Source: Promethearchaeum syntrophicum (lineage in GTDB: Archaea > Asgardarchaeota > Lokiarchaeia > Sigyniarchaeales > Promethearchaeaceae). Taken from it: DNA of 32,000 bases. The translations under genes were made by a program, and so were the position numbers. Positions 16,129-25,769 of this stretch are shown in pieces. The notes beneath the pieces were generated by a model. The model was not told the DNA's origin and did not search any database. It was given only the letters and a program-made list of their open reading frames with translations. Within the stretch, counting starts at the first letter, position 1, and every line of letters starts with the position of its first letter. The stretch is taken from positions 1,770,001 to 1,802,000 of the forward strand of contig NZ_CP042905.2 of NCBI RefSeq assembly GCF_008000775.2. Reading direction: 5' to 3'.

Positions 16129-16398
16129 AACTCAAGATCTCAAGATCTAAAGTTTTAAAACATTCCGTATAGAAGACAACTAGTTTCTGGGAATCCCCTG
16201 TTAAATGCTTCAATAAATCAAAAATACTCAAATCCTTGGTAGTTTGCATGGCCCCAGGTTTTAATATCGGTGCTCATATCGATTATATTTTAGTTCAATT
16301 CGATAATTTTCAACCAAGTTAATTTTTTCTTTTTTCCATAAAAAATTAAGAAAACGCTTAATGTGCCAAAATTTAAAAAGGAGAACCCGTAAAGTATA

Positions 16399-17529
16399 AT
16401 GAAAAAGATGGATTTGAACGAAGATAAAAGAAAACTAAAAAAACCTTCCCATATACTGAAAGATCCTAAATATATTTTTGACGAAGTGAATGAAAATTCT
16501 TCCCATTTACTTATTAATTACATTGTTCCCAAAATGGCACATCATATTATAACAACCAAAAAGTTATATCCTGATGCAGTAATTGTCAATCTTTATGATT
16601 ATCCTGAAGGAAGTTTAAACGATTTAAAAGACCTACCAGATGAAATGCCTCATCTTAAAACTTTATCACTTTTAGATACTCAAATATCAAATTTAAATTA
16701 TATTCCTAAAAACCTTCCTTCGTTGCGAACTTTCGCTATTCGTGATTCATTTTTTACATCTTTTAAAGGTTCTCTCAAATCCTTAAAAGGATTACCTACA
16801 AAATTTCCTTCACTTGAGACATTTTCGATTCATAATTGCCCCATTCTAACCTTAGAAAATATACCATCCTCTTTACCGAAGTTAAAAAAATTTGCAGTAG
16901 TTGGATGTTTACTCAAAAATTTGCGAAATTTTCCCACGAATGTGCCCAATCTAAAAGAACTCTCTCTTGGGAGCAACCAACTCACTTCATTGAAAGGTTT
17001 ACCTCAAAATTTACCTCATCTGAAGAAATTGAACGTATCTGGAAATGAGTTAAGTTCTTTGAAGTCTCTCCCTAAATTTATTGATAAGCCCATAAATCTT
17101 GGTCTAACCCACAACCCTCTCCGCTCTTTATGCTACCTAAAACATGAATTTACCCTCAAACAAATATACCTTCATGAATTCAAACGGGTCGGCTTCAACT
17201 TAAATCCACGGTTTTTACAATTGTTAAAAGATTATTGCGTTCCCATCGAAGAAACCGTTGAAGATCCGGGAGTAATTGGATATTATGATTCCAACGTCTT
17301 AACTAAGATTAAAAAATATTATGAGAAACCTACAATCGAACTTATTGAACAATTTATCTCCAAATCCGAATCTATTAACGAAGAGGAACTCGATCGAATC
17401 ATTTGGGAGGCTGATTTAGAAGATCGTAAATTACTCGAATCACATCTCCCGAAAGATAGCCCCATACTGCAAAAAATTAACCAACGTTTATCGATCAATC
17501 TATCTTCAGGTCTCAAAATTTATAAATAA
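16399..17529 (+). CDS. Cytosolic leucine-rich-repeat (LRR) protein
   Basis: About 7-8 repeats of ~22-24 aa, for example LPSLRTFAIRDSFFTSF, FPSLETFSIHNCPILTLENIP, LPKLKKFAVVGCLLKNLRNFP, VPNLKELSLGSNQLTSLKGLP, LPHLKKLNVSGNELSSLKSLP (about nt 16650-17135). No signal peptide. Confidence 0.8.
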   Translation: MKKMDLNEDKRKLKKPSHILKDPKYIFDEVNENSSHLLINYIVPKMAHHIITTKKLYPDAVIVNLYDYPEGSLNDLKDLPDEMPHLKTLSLLDTQISNLNYIPKNLPSLRTFAIRDSFFTSFKGSLKSLKGLPTKFPSLETFSIHNCPILTLENIPSSLPKLKKFAVVGCLLKNLRNFPTNVPNLKELSLGSNQLTSLKGLPQNLPHLKKLNVSGNELSSLKSLPKFIDKPINLGLTHNPLRSLCYLKHEFTLKQIYLHEFKRVGFNLNPRFLQLLKDYCVPIEETVEDPGVIGYYDSNVLTKIKKYYEKPTIELIEQFISKSESINEEELDRIIWEADLEDRKLLESHLPKDSPILQKINQRLSINLSSGLKIYK

Positions 17530-17550
17530 CAGTAACAAAAAGAAATTTTG

Positions 17551-17559
17551 AAAAAAAAA
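17551..17559 (-). terminator. Oligo-T (T9 on the minus strand) 14 nt after the Roadblock gene stop
   Basis: A9 on the plus strand at 17551-17559; minus-strand stop codon at 17573-17575. Confidence 0.4.
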
Positions 17560-17572
17560 GGGTGCGAGATTA

Positions 17573-18025
17573 TTAATTCGGGCTAATTTTATCCAGATCG
17601 GATAAATCTAAGCCGGCTCCAATATCTTCAGGCATTTCTGATAGGAATTCATCCAAAATTTCTCTAAGTTCCTCACCCGAACGCTTAAGTACGAGTCTAA
17701 TCAACCCCAAATTTACATCAACATCGGAAATTAAACATAAAACTCCCTTCCCGCAACTAGCTGCAAAAATCTTGCCCCCGTCAAATTCAGATGTGACTAT
17801 TTGAAGACCGCCAAGTTCCAAATTATTGCCTTGCTCCTCAGAAGCGCAAAATACAGCGCTTGCAATAGCTCCGATCCCATCTACATCTAACGGAATGTAC
17901 GAGAACTTGGAGACGTGGGCGATTGTTAGCCCGGTTTTGTCAACGAGAATAACTTTACGAATCCCTGACTCAGATTTAATAATTTTACTTAAAATCGTAT
18001 TAAATGATTGTGTTGAAAGTGCCAT
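17573..18025 (-). CDS. Roadblock/LC7/MglB-family protein with an acidic C-terminal extension
   Basis: IRKVILVDKTGLTIAHVS...IGAIASAVFCASEEQGNNLELGGLQIVTSEFDGGKIFAASCGKGVLCLISD has the alpha-beta-alpha Roadblock pattern and length. Confidence 0.7.
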   Translation of the reverse strand: MALSTQSFNTILSKIIKSESGIRKVILVDKTGLTIAHVSKFSYIPLDVDGIGAIASAVFCASEEQGNNLELGGLQIVTSEFDGGKIFAASCGKGVLCLISDVDVNLGLIRLVLKRSGEELREILDEFLSEMPEDIGAGLDLSDLDKISPN

Positions 18026-18187
18026 TTTTTTTTTAATATCTCCGATTTTACAAATACTTAATTAAAATAATCACTGTTTAACCTTAAAAATTTTGGTAAG
18101 ACCTTTCATTTCCTATTTTTATTGTGAAAAAAGGTCATATATAGAAAATTTAGCACTATTTTTTTTTTTTTGAAAAAGATTATTTTA

Positions 18188-18499
18188 TTATAAAAATGCT
18201 TCTTCATCAGTGGTTGCGACTTCATAATAGATTTGAGTCAATGCGTCTTTGGCATCTGCCCACCGTTTGGAATCTCCACTTGTTAAATCATCAAGATATC
18301 TTTCAAGCATTTTCATAGTCGCATTACGTTCTCGTTTGACATGAATATTTAGACACACTTCTAAGTCAATAATATCATAAATTCCGAGAGTAGATAAAAT
18401 TTTTTTGACTAATTCATCATCAGGTTTCTCTAGTTCTTTAAATTGTTTAATATCTTCCCGTATTTTGTTAACGTCAACGTTTTTGATCATTTTTATCAT
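18188..18499 (-). CDS. Hypothetical small helical protein (103 aa)
   Basis: ORF co-directional with flanking genes. No motif recognised. Confidence 0.5.
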   Translation of the reverse strand: MIKMIKNVDVNKIREDIKQFKELEKPDDELVKKILSTLGIYDIIDLEVCLNIHVKRERNATMKMLERYLDDLTSGDSKRWADAKDALTQIYYEVATTDEEAFL

Positions 18500-18574
18500 T
18501 TGAGTTTTTCATAATTAATTAAATAAAAAAATTTATGTAAAAAAGTAAAAAGGAAAGCAAAATTTCTTGGAAAT

Positions 18575-19903
18575 CTAAGGATCTAACCGATCAGGAGTCC
18601 GTGGATACATAATACACTCTTTAATTTGGTTTATTCCAGTGAGCACTTGCAACCACCGTGCAATCCCCAATCCAGCCCCTGCATGAGGTGGCATTCCATA
18701 CTCGAATGCTTGGAGATGACTTTTAAAATCTTCGGGATTAAGCCCTTTATCAATGAGGTTTTGTTTTAGTAAATTCCTGTCATGAACTCTTGTGCCACCC
18801 GACGAAAGTTCTAACCATCCTTTTTGCAAATCAAATCCTTCGCTAATTGTAGGATCATCTAAATCGTGCATTATATAAAACGGTTTTATACTCATTGGCC
18901 AGTGTGTTATAAAATAATATCCCGGTAAGATTTCACCCAGTTTTCTTGAGGCTTCAGTGTCAAAATCTTCCCCAAATTCAATTTTCATATCTGCTTTTTC
19001 TTCTAACAATGTTAACAGTTCTTGATATGTATAACGAGGGAAGGGAATCTTTGGAATTTTGAATTCTTCCCACTGACCTAGAAGAATTAAATCATCTTTA
19101 CATTGTTTTTTAATTTGCTTTAGAACATGCTGAACAAGTCCTTCTAAAGCGGTTAAAACATCATCAAAATTTGCAAAGGTTAATTCTATATCAAGTTGAT
19201 AAATTTCGCAGACATGCCTGTTTGTAAATGATTTTTCTGCCCGGAAACAAGGTCCGATTTCAAATACATTTTCAAAGACTCCGCACAACCTTTCTTTATA
19301 TAATTGCGCGCTCTGAGATAAATACGCATCTTTCTCAAAATATTTGATTGGGAAGAGTTCTGTTCCTCCTTCTGTGGCGCTTGCGATTATTTTTGGAGTA
19401 AATATTTCTGTATATTTATTTTTAACTAAAAATTTTCTAATCTCATTAAGTAAAACAGAGTTAATGCGAAATATTGCTTGATTTTGTGGATGTCTAAGGT
19501 CTAATGAGCGGTGATTTAAGCGAGTATCCAAATCAGACATTGTTTTTCCCGTCATATCCACGGGTAATTGTTCAATTGCTGTATTTAAAATTTTTATTTC
19601 AATTGGAATAAGCTCCACTCCTTGTGGAGCCTTTTCGAACAATGTAACTTTTGCTTTTATTAGTAAGCACCATTGATTTCCAATATTTTTTATTTTTTCA
19701 AAGAGCTCATCGGAAACAACTCCTTTTTTAGCAGTGAGCTGGACAGTTCCAAATTTATCTTGCAATACAATGAATGTCATTTTTCCCAATTTTCGTATTC
19801 GGGAAACCCATCCACCAACAACTACTTCTTTATTGTTCAATTTTTGCGATAATTCTGAAGAATAATGAGTTTTTCTGAGAGATCCTAGTTGTTCTAATTC
19901 CAT
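18575..19903 (-). CDS. aspS: Aspartyl-tRNA synthetase, archaeal/eukaryal type
   Basis: N-terminal OB fold VVVGGWVSRIRKLGKMTFIVLQDKFGTVQLT. Class II motif 2 is FEIGPCFRAEKSFTNRH; motif 3 is GAGLGIARW. 442 aa. Confidence 0.92.
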   Translation of the reverse strand: MELEQLGSLRKTHYSSELSQKLNNKEVVVGGWVSRIRKLGKMTFIVLQDKFGTVQLTAKKGVVSDELFEKIKNIGNQWCLLIKAKVTLFEKAPQGVELIPIEIKILNTAIEQLPVDMTGKTMSDLDTRLNHRSLDLRHPQNQAIFRINSVLLNEIRKFLVKNKYTEIFTPKIIASATEGGTELFPIKYFEKDAYLSQSAQLYKERLCGVFENVFEIGPCFRAEKSFTNRHVCEIYQLDIELTFANFDDVLTALEGLVQHVLKQIKKQCKDDLILLGQWEEFKIPKIPFPRYTYQELLTLLEEKADMKIEFGEDFDTEASRKLGEILPGYYFITHWPMSIKPFYIMHDLDDPTISEGFDLQKGWLELSSGGTRVHDRNLLKQNLIDKGLNPEDFKSHLQAFEYGMPPHAGAGLGIARWLQVLTGINQIKECIMYPRTPDRLDP

Positions 19904-19948
19904 AAGGGGAAATATTTCTGATTAATTTTCAACTTTACGCTTATTCAT

Positions 19949-21346
19949 CTAATTTGATTTCCTTAATTCATTTAATAGAATTGTTGCGTATGAACCTTTC
20001 GGGAGTGAAAATTCCAATTTTATGCCATTTGGATCTAAATTTGGATAATTATTGGTTATAAATGCTTGATTAACTTGAAGATTTAATGGACGAATAAAAA
20101 TTGCTCGAGTAGTTCCCTCAAAATTATATAATCTCCTTTCATTTAGCATGAAATCTGAAAGAATAAATTGTTCTTCGTTCAAAATCTCTTTATAAATTTC
20201 ATCAAATACTGGATAATCTGATAAATTTGTTTTATACCCTAGCACCGGGGCAAGAATTGTTGCACGTTCTCGTTGGAATGCTTTTTCAATATTTTGATCA
20301 TTCCAACCATTTCCCCCTTCATATAAGTATTTGACGAGTGAAGGACTTCCTTTAATGTCTTTTAAAATTGCAATTTTATCTCCTTTAATCGGAGTAGATA
20401 GAGGATATCCCTTTTTTAATCTTTTCGAGACTGCTTTATTGAACAAGAAAGATTGATAAGAAGATATAATAAGGTTGCATAATGAAATGGGGAGTGCTAA
20501 GTAAGCTTTTTTATAATCTAATTCTTCTGAAAGTTGCTCAATTACCATTTTTTCATAAAACAAGCTATTAGGGCACTCTTTTAAACCTTTTTCATAATTA
20601 CGTTCTTTTTCCAACTTCATTCGAAAAAGGGCGTTAGATTCATATTCTTTTGGATAAACGTGAAATAGAAATTCTTGGATAGCTTCTTGAAATTTACCTT
20701 TAAGGAATAATTTGCCAATTTTATGCGAGTTAGGACGATGTTGACCAAATCGCTGCATTCCATAGTAATTAGGAAATCCGATTTTATTTATTTTTTCCGC
20801 CCAAAGATTTAATATTTCCTTTATTTCGTCGTATGGTTTAATTGAGTATCGAATATTAATAGTAAATTGATTTCCCCAAAGGTTTCCTAATTCCATTCCT
20901 TTTCTAGATGAACGGATTTTAGTTAAAAATATATTTTTATGTTCAAAATTATTTAATCTTGCAAGATTATTTCCCTTAACTGAAAATTTCTGTGCTGTAA
21001 TTGCCGAATGGTCTTTAATACCGTTCCATTTTATAAATTTTAGCGGTATATTAAGATATTTCTCAAGAATCTTTGCAGCAATTATTGTGTCTGTATTTTT
21101 TTTGATTAAAGTAAATGTTGTATATCTATCTTTTCCTGATTCAAAATTCTGATTTGAATTTGATTTTTTATCTTCAAAGGTGGATAAAATTTCTCCAGAT
21201 GGTAATATTTCGCGAACAATGAAATCGCTAATATCTGTTTTGATTCTACCTCCAAGAGGTGGTGTATCAGTCACAAAGCGTTCTAAGCCAACTTGATGTC
21301 TTTGAGAAATTGATTTTGAATCTTTATTTTGTGGATTTTGTGCCAT
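19949..21346 (-). CDS. truD: tRNA pseudouridine synthase TruD/Pus7 family
   Basis: NGIKDHSAITAQKFSV (catalytic-Asp motif G.KD..A.T.Q) and FPNYYGMQRFG (PNYFG.QRFG motif). Confidence 0.85.
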   Translation of the reverse strand: MAQNPQNKDSKSISQRHQVGLERFVTDTPPLGGRIKTDISDFIVREILPSGEILSTFEDKKSNSNQNFESGKDRYTTFTLIKKNTDTIIAAKILEKYLNIPLKFIKWNGIKDHSAITAQKFSVKGNNLARLNNFEHKNIFLTKIRSSRKGMELGNLWGNQFTINIRYSIKPYDEIKEILNLWAEKINKIGFPNYYGMQRFGQHRPNSHKIGKLFLKGKFQEAIQEFLFHVYPKEYESNALFRMKLEKERNYEKGLKECPNSLFYEKMVIEQLSEELDYKKAYLALPISLCNLIISSYQSFLFNKAVSKRLKKGYPLSTPIKGDKIAILKDIKGSPSLVKYLYEGGNGWNDQNIEKAFQRERATILAPVLGYKTNLSDYPVFDEIYKEILNEEQFILSDFMLNERRLYNFEGTTRAIFIRPLNLQVNQAFITNNYPNLDPNGIKLEFSLPKGSYATILLNELRKSN

Positions 21347-21385
21347 TTCAGCCGCAACACCAAGGAAAATTAGTTGTTAATCAAT

Positions 21386-21412
21386 AAAAAAAAAATGAGA
21401 AGTAAAAAAAAA
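21386..21412 (-). terminator. Two oligo-T runs (T9 and T10 on the minus strand) directly after rps11
   Basis: Plus-strand A-runs at 21386-21395 and 21404-21412; rps11 stop is the complement of 21415-21417. Confidence 0.5.
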
Positions 21413-21414
21413 TT

Positions 21415-21831
21415 CTATACTCTTCTTCCCCTTCTTCCACCCTTTCGGCGTGTGCCATCATGAGCTAGTGGGGTTACTTCCATAATTCTACCAATTCGTA
21501 AACCAGATCTGGAAAGTGCTCGGATTGCTGCTTGTGCTCCTGGGCCTGGTGTTTTTGCCTTACGTCCTCCTGGAGCACGTACTTTGATGTGAATTCCGTT
21601 AATTCCTTTATCTTTAAGAGTCTGGGCGGCTCTTGATCCACATTGCATTGCTGCGTATGGTTTTGCTTCATCTCGGTCGCTTTTCACCACCATTCCTCCC
21701 GAAATTCGTACGAATGTTTCACTTCCACTAATATCTGTGATGGTAAGGATGGTATCGTTGTAACTGGCAAAGATGTGGGCGATTCCCCTGCGCATTTTCT
21801 TTGGATCATTATAATCGCTATATTTTCCCAT
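21415..21831 (-). CDS. rps11: 30S ribosomal protein uS11
   Basis: [18 protein letters not shown]...[32 protein letters not shown]...[21 protein letters not shown]. The ATG lies 2 nt after the rps4 stop. Confidence 0.95.
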   Translation of the reverse strand: MGKYSDYNDPKKMRRGIAHIFASYNDTILTITDISGSETFVRISGGMVVKSDRDEAKPYAAMQCGSRAAQTLKDKGINGIHIKVRAPGGRKAKTPGPGAQAAIRALSRSGLRIGRIMEVTPLAHDGTRRKGGRRGRRV

Positions 21832-21833
21832 TT

Positions 21834-22391
21834 TCAGAATTCCTCCACAGCTTTACTATCAGCAGAACTCTTAAGACTTTGTGATCCCCAAATCTTAGAA
21901 CTATCTTTATAATAAGGGGAGTTTAGAGCATATTTAATTTGTTCTTCATCTTTTTTCTTGACAATATATGAAGGGGAATCAATAGTGTTGCCTGCTACAG
22001 ATATATGTCTATGAGTAATTAACTGTCTAGCTTGAATTATTGACTTTGCTAACCCTAATTTGAATACGAATGTCTGTAATCTTCGTTCTAAAATATTTTC
22101 AATTGTAAGACTTAAAACATCATCAGTTGAAGCATCTTCTGATACAAGATTTAATTTTGCAACACTATCTCGTAAATCTGCAAATCGGATTTTCTGAATA
22201 GCTTCAGGAAGGGCCCGATTTTCACGAGCCAATTGTCTAAAATGTGACAATGCAAATTTATGTTTTCTTAACTCTCGTTTATTTCTTAATCCATATTTTC
22301 CGAGTAGCTCTAGCTCCTCAACCAAACGATCTTTTTCGTATGGATTGTTCGGAGTTTTATATTTTTTTTTTAATCTTCTTGGATCTCCCAT
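21834..22391 (-). CDS. rps4: 30S ribosomal protein uS4 (S9e type)
   Basis: [44 protein letters not shown]...[30 protein letters not shown]. Confidence 0.95.
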   Translation of the reverse strand: MGDPRRLKKKYKTPNNPYEKDRLVEELELLGKYGLRNKRELRKHKFALSHFRQLARENRALPEAIQKIRFADLRDSVAKLNLVSEDASTDDVLSLTIENILERRLQTFVFKLGLAKSIIQARQLITHRHISVAGNTIDSPSYIVKKKDEEQIKYALNSPYYKDSSKIWGSQSLKSSADSKAVEEF

Positions 22392-22393
22392 TA

Positions 22394-22891
22394 TTAAGCA
22401 CCCTTCTTTTTCATGTCTTTCCTATAATATCCAACAACTAATCCTCTTCGACCTGTTGTTCTTGTTCTCTGTCCTCTGACTTTGAGACCGTACATATGTC
22501 GAATTCCTTTCCACGATCTGGTTCTTTTCATTTTATCAATATCATATTTTAATAGAAGTTCAAGATCTGTTCCAGAGATGTGTCGGTTTTCTCCAGTTCT
22601 AATGTCTTTCTGACGATTGACCATCCAATTTGGAATTCCATATTTTACGGGGTCTTTAATAATGTCTACAAGCTTTTGTTGTTGTTCTTCAGTAATCAAT
22701 CCAATTCTGAGATCGGGATCCAATCCTGCTACATGTACAATTGCTTGCGCCAACCGTCTACCTACTCCACGAATTTGAGATAATCCAAAAGGGATCTTTC
22801 GGTGTCCCTCAATACTCGTTCCTAATATTCGGAGTAAATTACGGAATTCTACATTTTTCTGATAATACTCTTTTTCTAATTTTTGTGGCAC
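22394..22891 (-). CDS. rps13: 30S ribosomal protein uS13
   Basis: FRNLLRILGTSIEGHRKIPFGLSQIRGVGRRLAQAIVHVAGLDPDLRIGLITEEQ...GLKVRGQRTRTTGRRG. The called start is GTG, so the exact start is uncertain. Confidence 0.93.
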   Translation of the reverse strand: MPQKLEKEYYQKNVEFRNLLRILGTSIEGHRKIPFGLSQIRGVGRRLAQAIVHVAGLDPDLRIGLITEEQQQKLVDIIKDPVKYGIPNWMVNRQKDIRTGENRHISGTDLELLLKYDIDKMKRTRSWKGIRHMYGLKVRGQRTRTTGRRGLVVGYYRKDMKKKGA

Positions 22892-22992
22892 AGTGATATA
22901 ACACCTTGCAAATTTTTTGCTAACGAAGCAAATTAAACATAAAATTTATGTTTTGTGAATTTTATTTAAAATACTCAATAATACTTCAAATT

Positions 22993-24426
22993 TTATAATT
23001 TAAAAGAAGATCTTGAATTTTGAAAATCAACTATCTTTTTAAATGTACATACGATTTCCCGTTCTGAGTGGAAAAGAGGTATTTGAATATCTTGAAATAT
23101 CTTTTCCGCTTCCAAAATATCTGATTTTTCACCAAAAAGCCAAAGAAAAATAGGTTTTTTATGTTTATCAATAATGTCCTTCAATTTATACCAATCAACT
23201 TTCCATGCTGTTGCATTATGATACGCTGCAACGAAAATGGCTTGAATTCTTGGACTTGATAAAGCAATGTCGATGCAGTCCAATAAGACTTTTTGATAAT
23301 CACCTCTAGCATGTTCTACAGCGGGCCAGTAATCGATTAATGCATGTGAAGCGGGTGGCATCCATGGAGGATATAATTTTGCAAGTTTGTTATACGTATC
23401 CGAATCTAAAACAGGTATTTTTACTCCATATTTATAGCTCCAATCAGCCATAATTGCACCAGCCGCTCCTGAGATAGTTATTACCCCTGCAGCGGGATTT
23501 GTTATTGGATTAATTTGTGTATCTTTGATGAAACTTAGAGTTTTTGCCAGATTAAAAAGATCCCAAAAGTCATCGGCAAGAATACAATGACTTTGAGCAA
23601 TCACCGCCTTAATTAGTTCTGATTTTTCCGCTAAAGCCCCGGTATGTGAATTTGTAGCTTTTGATCCAATTGGAGAAAATCCAGATCGCAGTAAAACAAT
23701 TTTTTTATGATTTTCTCTGGCTTGGTGGCATAACGCTATAAAACGACGCACATTTTGAAATGATTCAACATATATACCAATTGTTGCTACTTTATCATCT
23801 TGAATTAAGTATTCTAAGATATCATTTTCATTAATATCCATTTTATTACCGATTGTAATTACATATCTTACTCCCAAATTTGGATTCATGCTTGTAAAAT
23901 ATGGATAATAAGCACCATTTATAAAACCAGATTGAGAGACAATAGCTAAAGAACCTGCTTTTGTCTTACCCATGGGAATAAACGAGCTAAAAAGACCTTC
24001 ACCATTCTTTTCAACGAAGGTAATTCCTGTACAATTTGGACCTAAAATACGTATTTTCTTAAAGTTCTCAGTTATCTCTCGAATTTCCGTTCTGAGTTTC
24101 TTTCCTACTTCCACTTCTCCAAATCCAGCTGCTTCAATTATTGCTGCTTTTACTCCTTTCTTGATGCAGTCTTTAATAATCTGAACTGCTTTAGAGCTAG
24201 GAACATATAAAATTGCGAGGTCAATTGGATTTTCAACTTCATCTATGGATTTGTAGAGGTCTAACCCTAAGATTTTTCCACCTTTTGGATTAATGGGATA
24301 AATTTTGCCTTCAAAATTATGATCTATAATGTTTTGGAGGAGTTTATATCCACTTTTGTTTGGGTTAGTAGAAGCTCCGAAAAGTGCAATAGATTTCGGT
24401 TTAAAAAAGGAGGTTAATTCAAACAT
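22993..24426 (-). CDS. acdA: Acetyl-CoA synthetase (ADP-forming) alpha subunit / CoA-binding NDP-forming acyl-CoA synthetase
   Basis: Collinear with Pyrococcus ACD alpha: FFKPKSIALFGASTNPNKSGY, EGKIYPINPKGG, ILGPNCTGI, LAIVSQSGF, VITIGNKMDINENDILEYL, SHTGALAE (phospho-His loop). Confidence 0.88.
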   Translation of the reverse strand: MFELTSFFKPKSIALFGASTNPNKSGYKLLQNIIDHNFEGKIYPINPKGGKILGLDLYKSIDEVENPIDLAILYVPSSKAVQIIKDCIKKGVKAAIIEAAGFGEVEVGKKLRTEIREITENFKKIRILGPNCTGITFVEKNGEGLFSSFIPMGKTKAGSLAIVSQSGFINGAYYPYFTSMNPNLGVRYVITIGNKMDINENDILEYLIQDDKVATIGIYVESFQNVRRFIALCHQARENHKKIVLLRSGFSPIGSKATNSHTGALAEKSELIKAVIAQSHCILADDFWDLFNLAKTLSFIKDTQINPITNPAAGVITISGAAGAIMADWSYKYGVKIPVLDSDTYNKLAKLYPPWMPPASHALIDYWPAVEHARGDYQKVLLDCIDIALSSPRIQAIFVAAYHNATAWKVDWYKLKDIIDKHKKPIFLWLFGEKSDILEAEKIFQDIQIPLFHSEREIVCTFKKIVDFQNSRSSFKL

Positions 24427-24436
24427 TTTCTTTCAT

Positions 24437-25696
24437 TTAATTTGGGATAATAATCTTAATTTTTACTTCTTCTCCGATTTGTTCTTCAATTTTTTTTTGC
24501 AAATCGTCTCGATCACTAGATATTTTACTTAAAAGCTCCTTATATTCACGTTTACGATGTTTTAAATCTTTTGAGAAATGTTCTACATCTAAAGTTAATG
24601 TTGAAATTTTATTTTTTAGGTCTGTTCTTTTCTGTTCTATACCTTTATTTTTTAATATTCCTCTAATTTCTTCTTTTCTTATTTTAATCTCCAAATTTTC
24701 ATTTATTAAGGGTTCTAATTTATTTTCACTAACTATTTGGTTAATATTAACAATAATTTTGTTTCTCAAATCCTTTTTTAATTTTAAAGGATCTTTTTCA
24801 TCTTCTAATATTAATCTTGTTTTAATTAAAATATCTCGTAATCTATTGAGTTTAGGACCTTCATTTAAAATTGTCTTAACAGGATCTTTTATATATGGAC
24901 GAATATCATTATCTGTAATTCCACGCGCATTAATTGTACCTTTTTCAAGGGATTTTTTTAATTTCTTGAATGCTTTTTTAAATTTCAAGTAATCTCTAAG
25001 ATTATTGGATTTTACTGTTTCTTCTTGTTCTATTTTTTCAAACAATTGCAAATCAGCATCTTCACTTAATTTCAATAAATCATTTTCATGAATTGTTAAA
25101 TTATTCTTCATGTCGTTTAGCTCTTCATCCATTCCATCGATTTTTCCTTTAATAGAACCAAGGCGTTCTATATTGTGAGTTAATTGAGGAATGTTTTTTA
25201 TCTCATTTTCTGCTATTTTTCCATCTTGATAATTTTTGCGTAAAAATTTTCCTATCTTTTGAGTTAGATCACCAATTTTACGAAGATGCAAATCAACTTC
25301 TTTTATTTCAATTTTAAATTGCTTTCCAAATCTAGGGATCGCTTTTCGGCCCTGAGAATTGTAAACAGAGTATAATTTCTTAATGCTATCACAATATTTC
25401 TGAGAGTTCTCATAAGAAATATCTTTAATATGTATGGAGGGAATTCTTATTTCATCTAAATTTTCGACTACCGAATCAACAAAACGTTCTAAAATTTTTT
25501 GAGTTTTATCATCGAGTTTGGTTTCTTCGCTTTGAAAGTCTCTGTCTTTCCATGTTTTAATTGAATTTCTTGCTTGACCAAGTTCTTTCTCACTTAGGCT
25601 AAAAAATTTACTTAGAACTTTATGTTCTCGTTTAAAACGGATTTTTAATTGGTCTAAGTACCAATTTTCAACCTCTTCTAATGAAATTTCTTGCAT
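24437..25696 (-). CDS. Lys/Glu-rich coiled-coil protein of unknown function (~419 aa)
   Basis: Long heptad-like K/E/L/I-rich sequence with no Walker or other catalytic motif. ATG at the complement of 25694-25696 (MQEISLEEV) is preferred over TTG at 25708. It ends 10 nt before the acdA start. Confidence 0.6.
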   Translation of the reverse strand: MQEISLEEVENWYLDQLKIRFKREHKVLSKFFSLSEKELGQARNSIKTWKDRDFQSEETKLDDKTQKILERFVDSVVENLDEIRIPSIHIKDISYENSQKYCDSIKKLYSVYNSQGRKAIPRFGKQFKIEIKEVDLHLRKIGDLTQKIGKFLRKNYQDGKIAENEIKNIPQLTHNIERLGSIKGKIDGMDEELNDMKNNLTIHENDLLKLSEDADLQLFEKIEQEETVKSNNLRDYLKFKKAFKKLKKSLEKGTINARGITDNDIRPYIKDPVKTILNEGPKLNRLRDILIKTRLILEDEKDPLKLKKDLRNKIIVNINQIVSENKLEPLINENLEIKIRKEEIRGILKNKGIEQKRTDLKNKISTLTLDVEHFSKDLKHRKREYKELLSKISSDRDDLQKKIEEQIGEEVKIKIIIPN

Positions 25697-25769
25697 TTCT
25701 ATATACAAAAAAAGGTATTTTCCCTTATTTATTATTTTGTAGGTTTACTTTTTTTATTTTTTTACTAGT

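Noticed and set aside
16131-16148. CTCAAGAT tandem duplication (two AGATCT palindromes) in the 306-bp intergenic region
   Set aside because: It is only two short copies with no flanking structure or further repeats. It is most simply a chance or slippage product.
16190-16280. Locally GC-richer patch with a 19-codon minus-strand ORF (MSTDIKTWGHANYQGFEYF) in the intergenic region
   Set aside because: It is too short to support. There is no properly spaced TATA box and I could not fold a tRNA- or sRNA-like structure. It could be a remnant of a decayed gene, but that is unsupported.
18100-18171. Hairpin (GACCTTT...AAAGGTC, 7-bp stem, 23-nt loop) followed by a T13 run on the plus strand, resembling an orphan terminator or small RNA
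   Set aside because: No plus-strand gene or promoter lies upstream of it. The stem is short for AT-rich DNA. The T13 may simply be intergenic composition between two minus-strand genes, and the minus strand has its own T5 after the 18188 stop.
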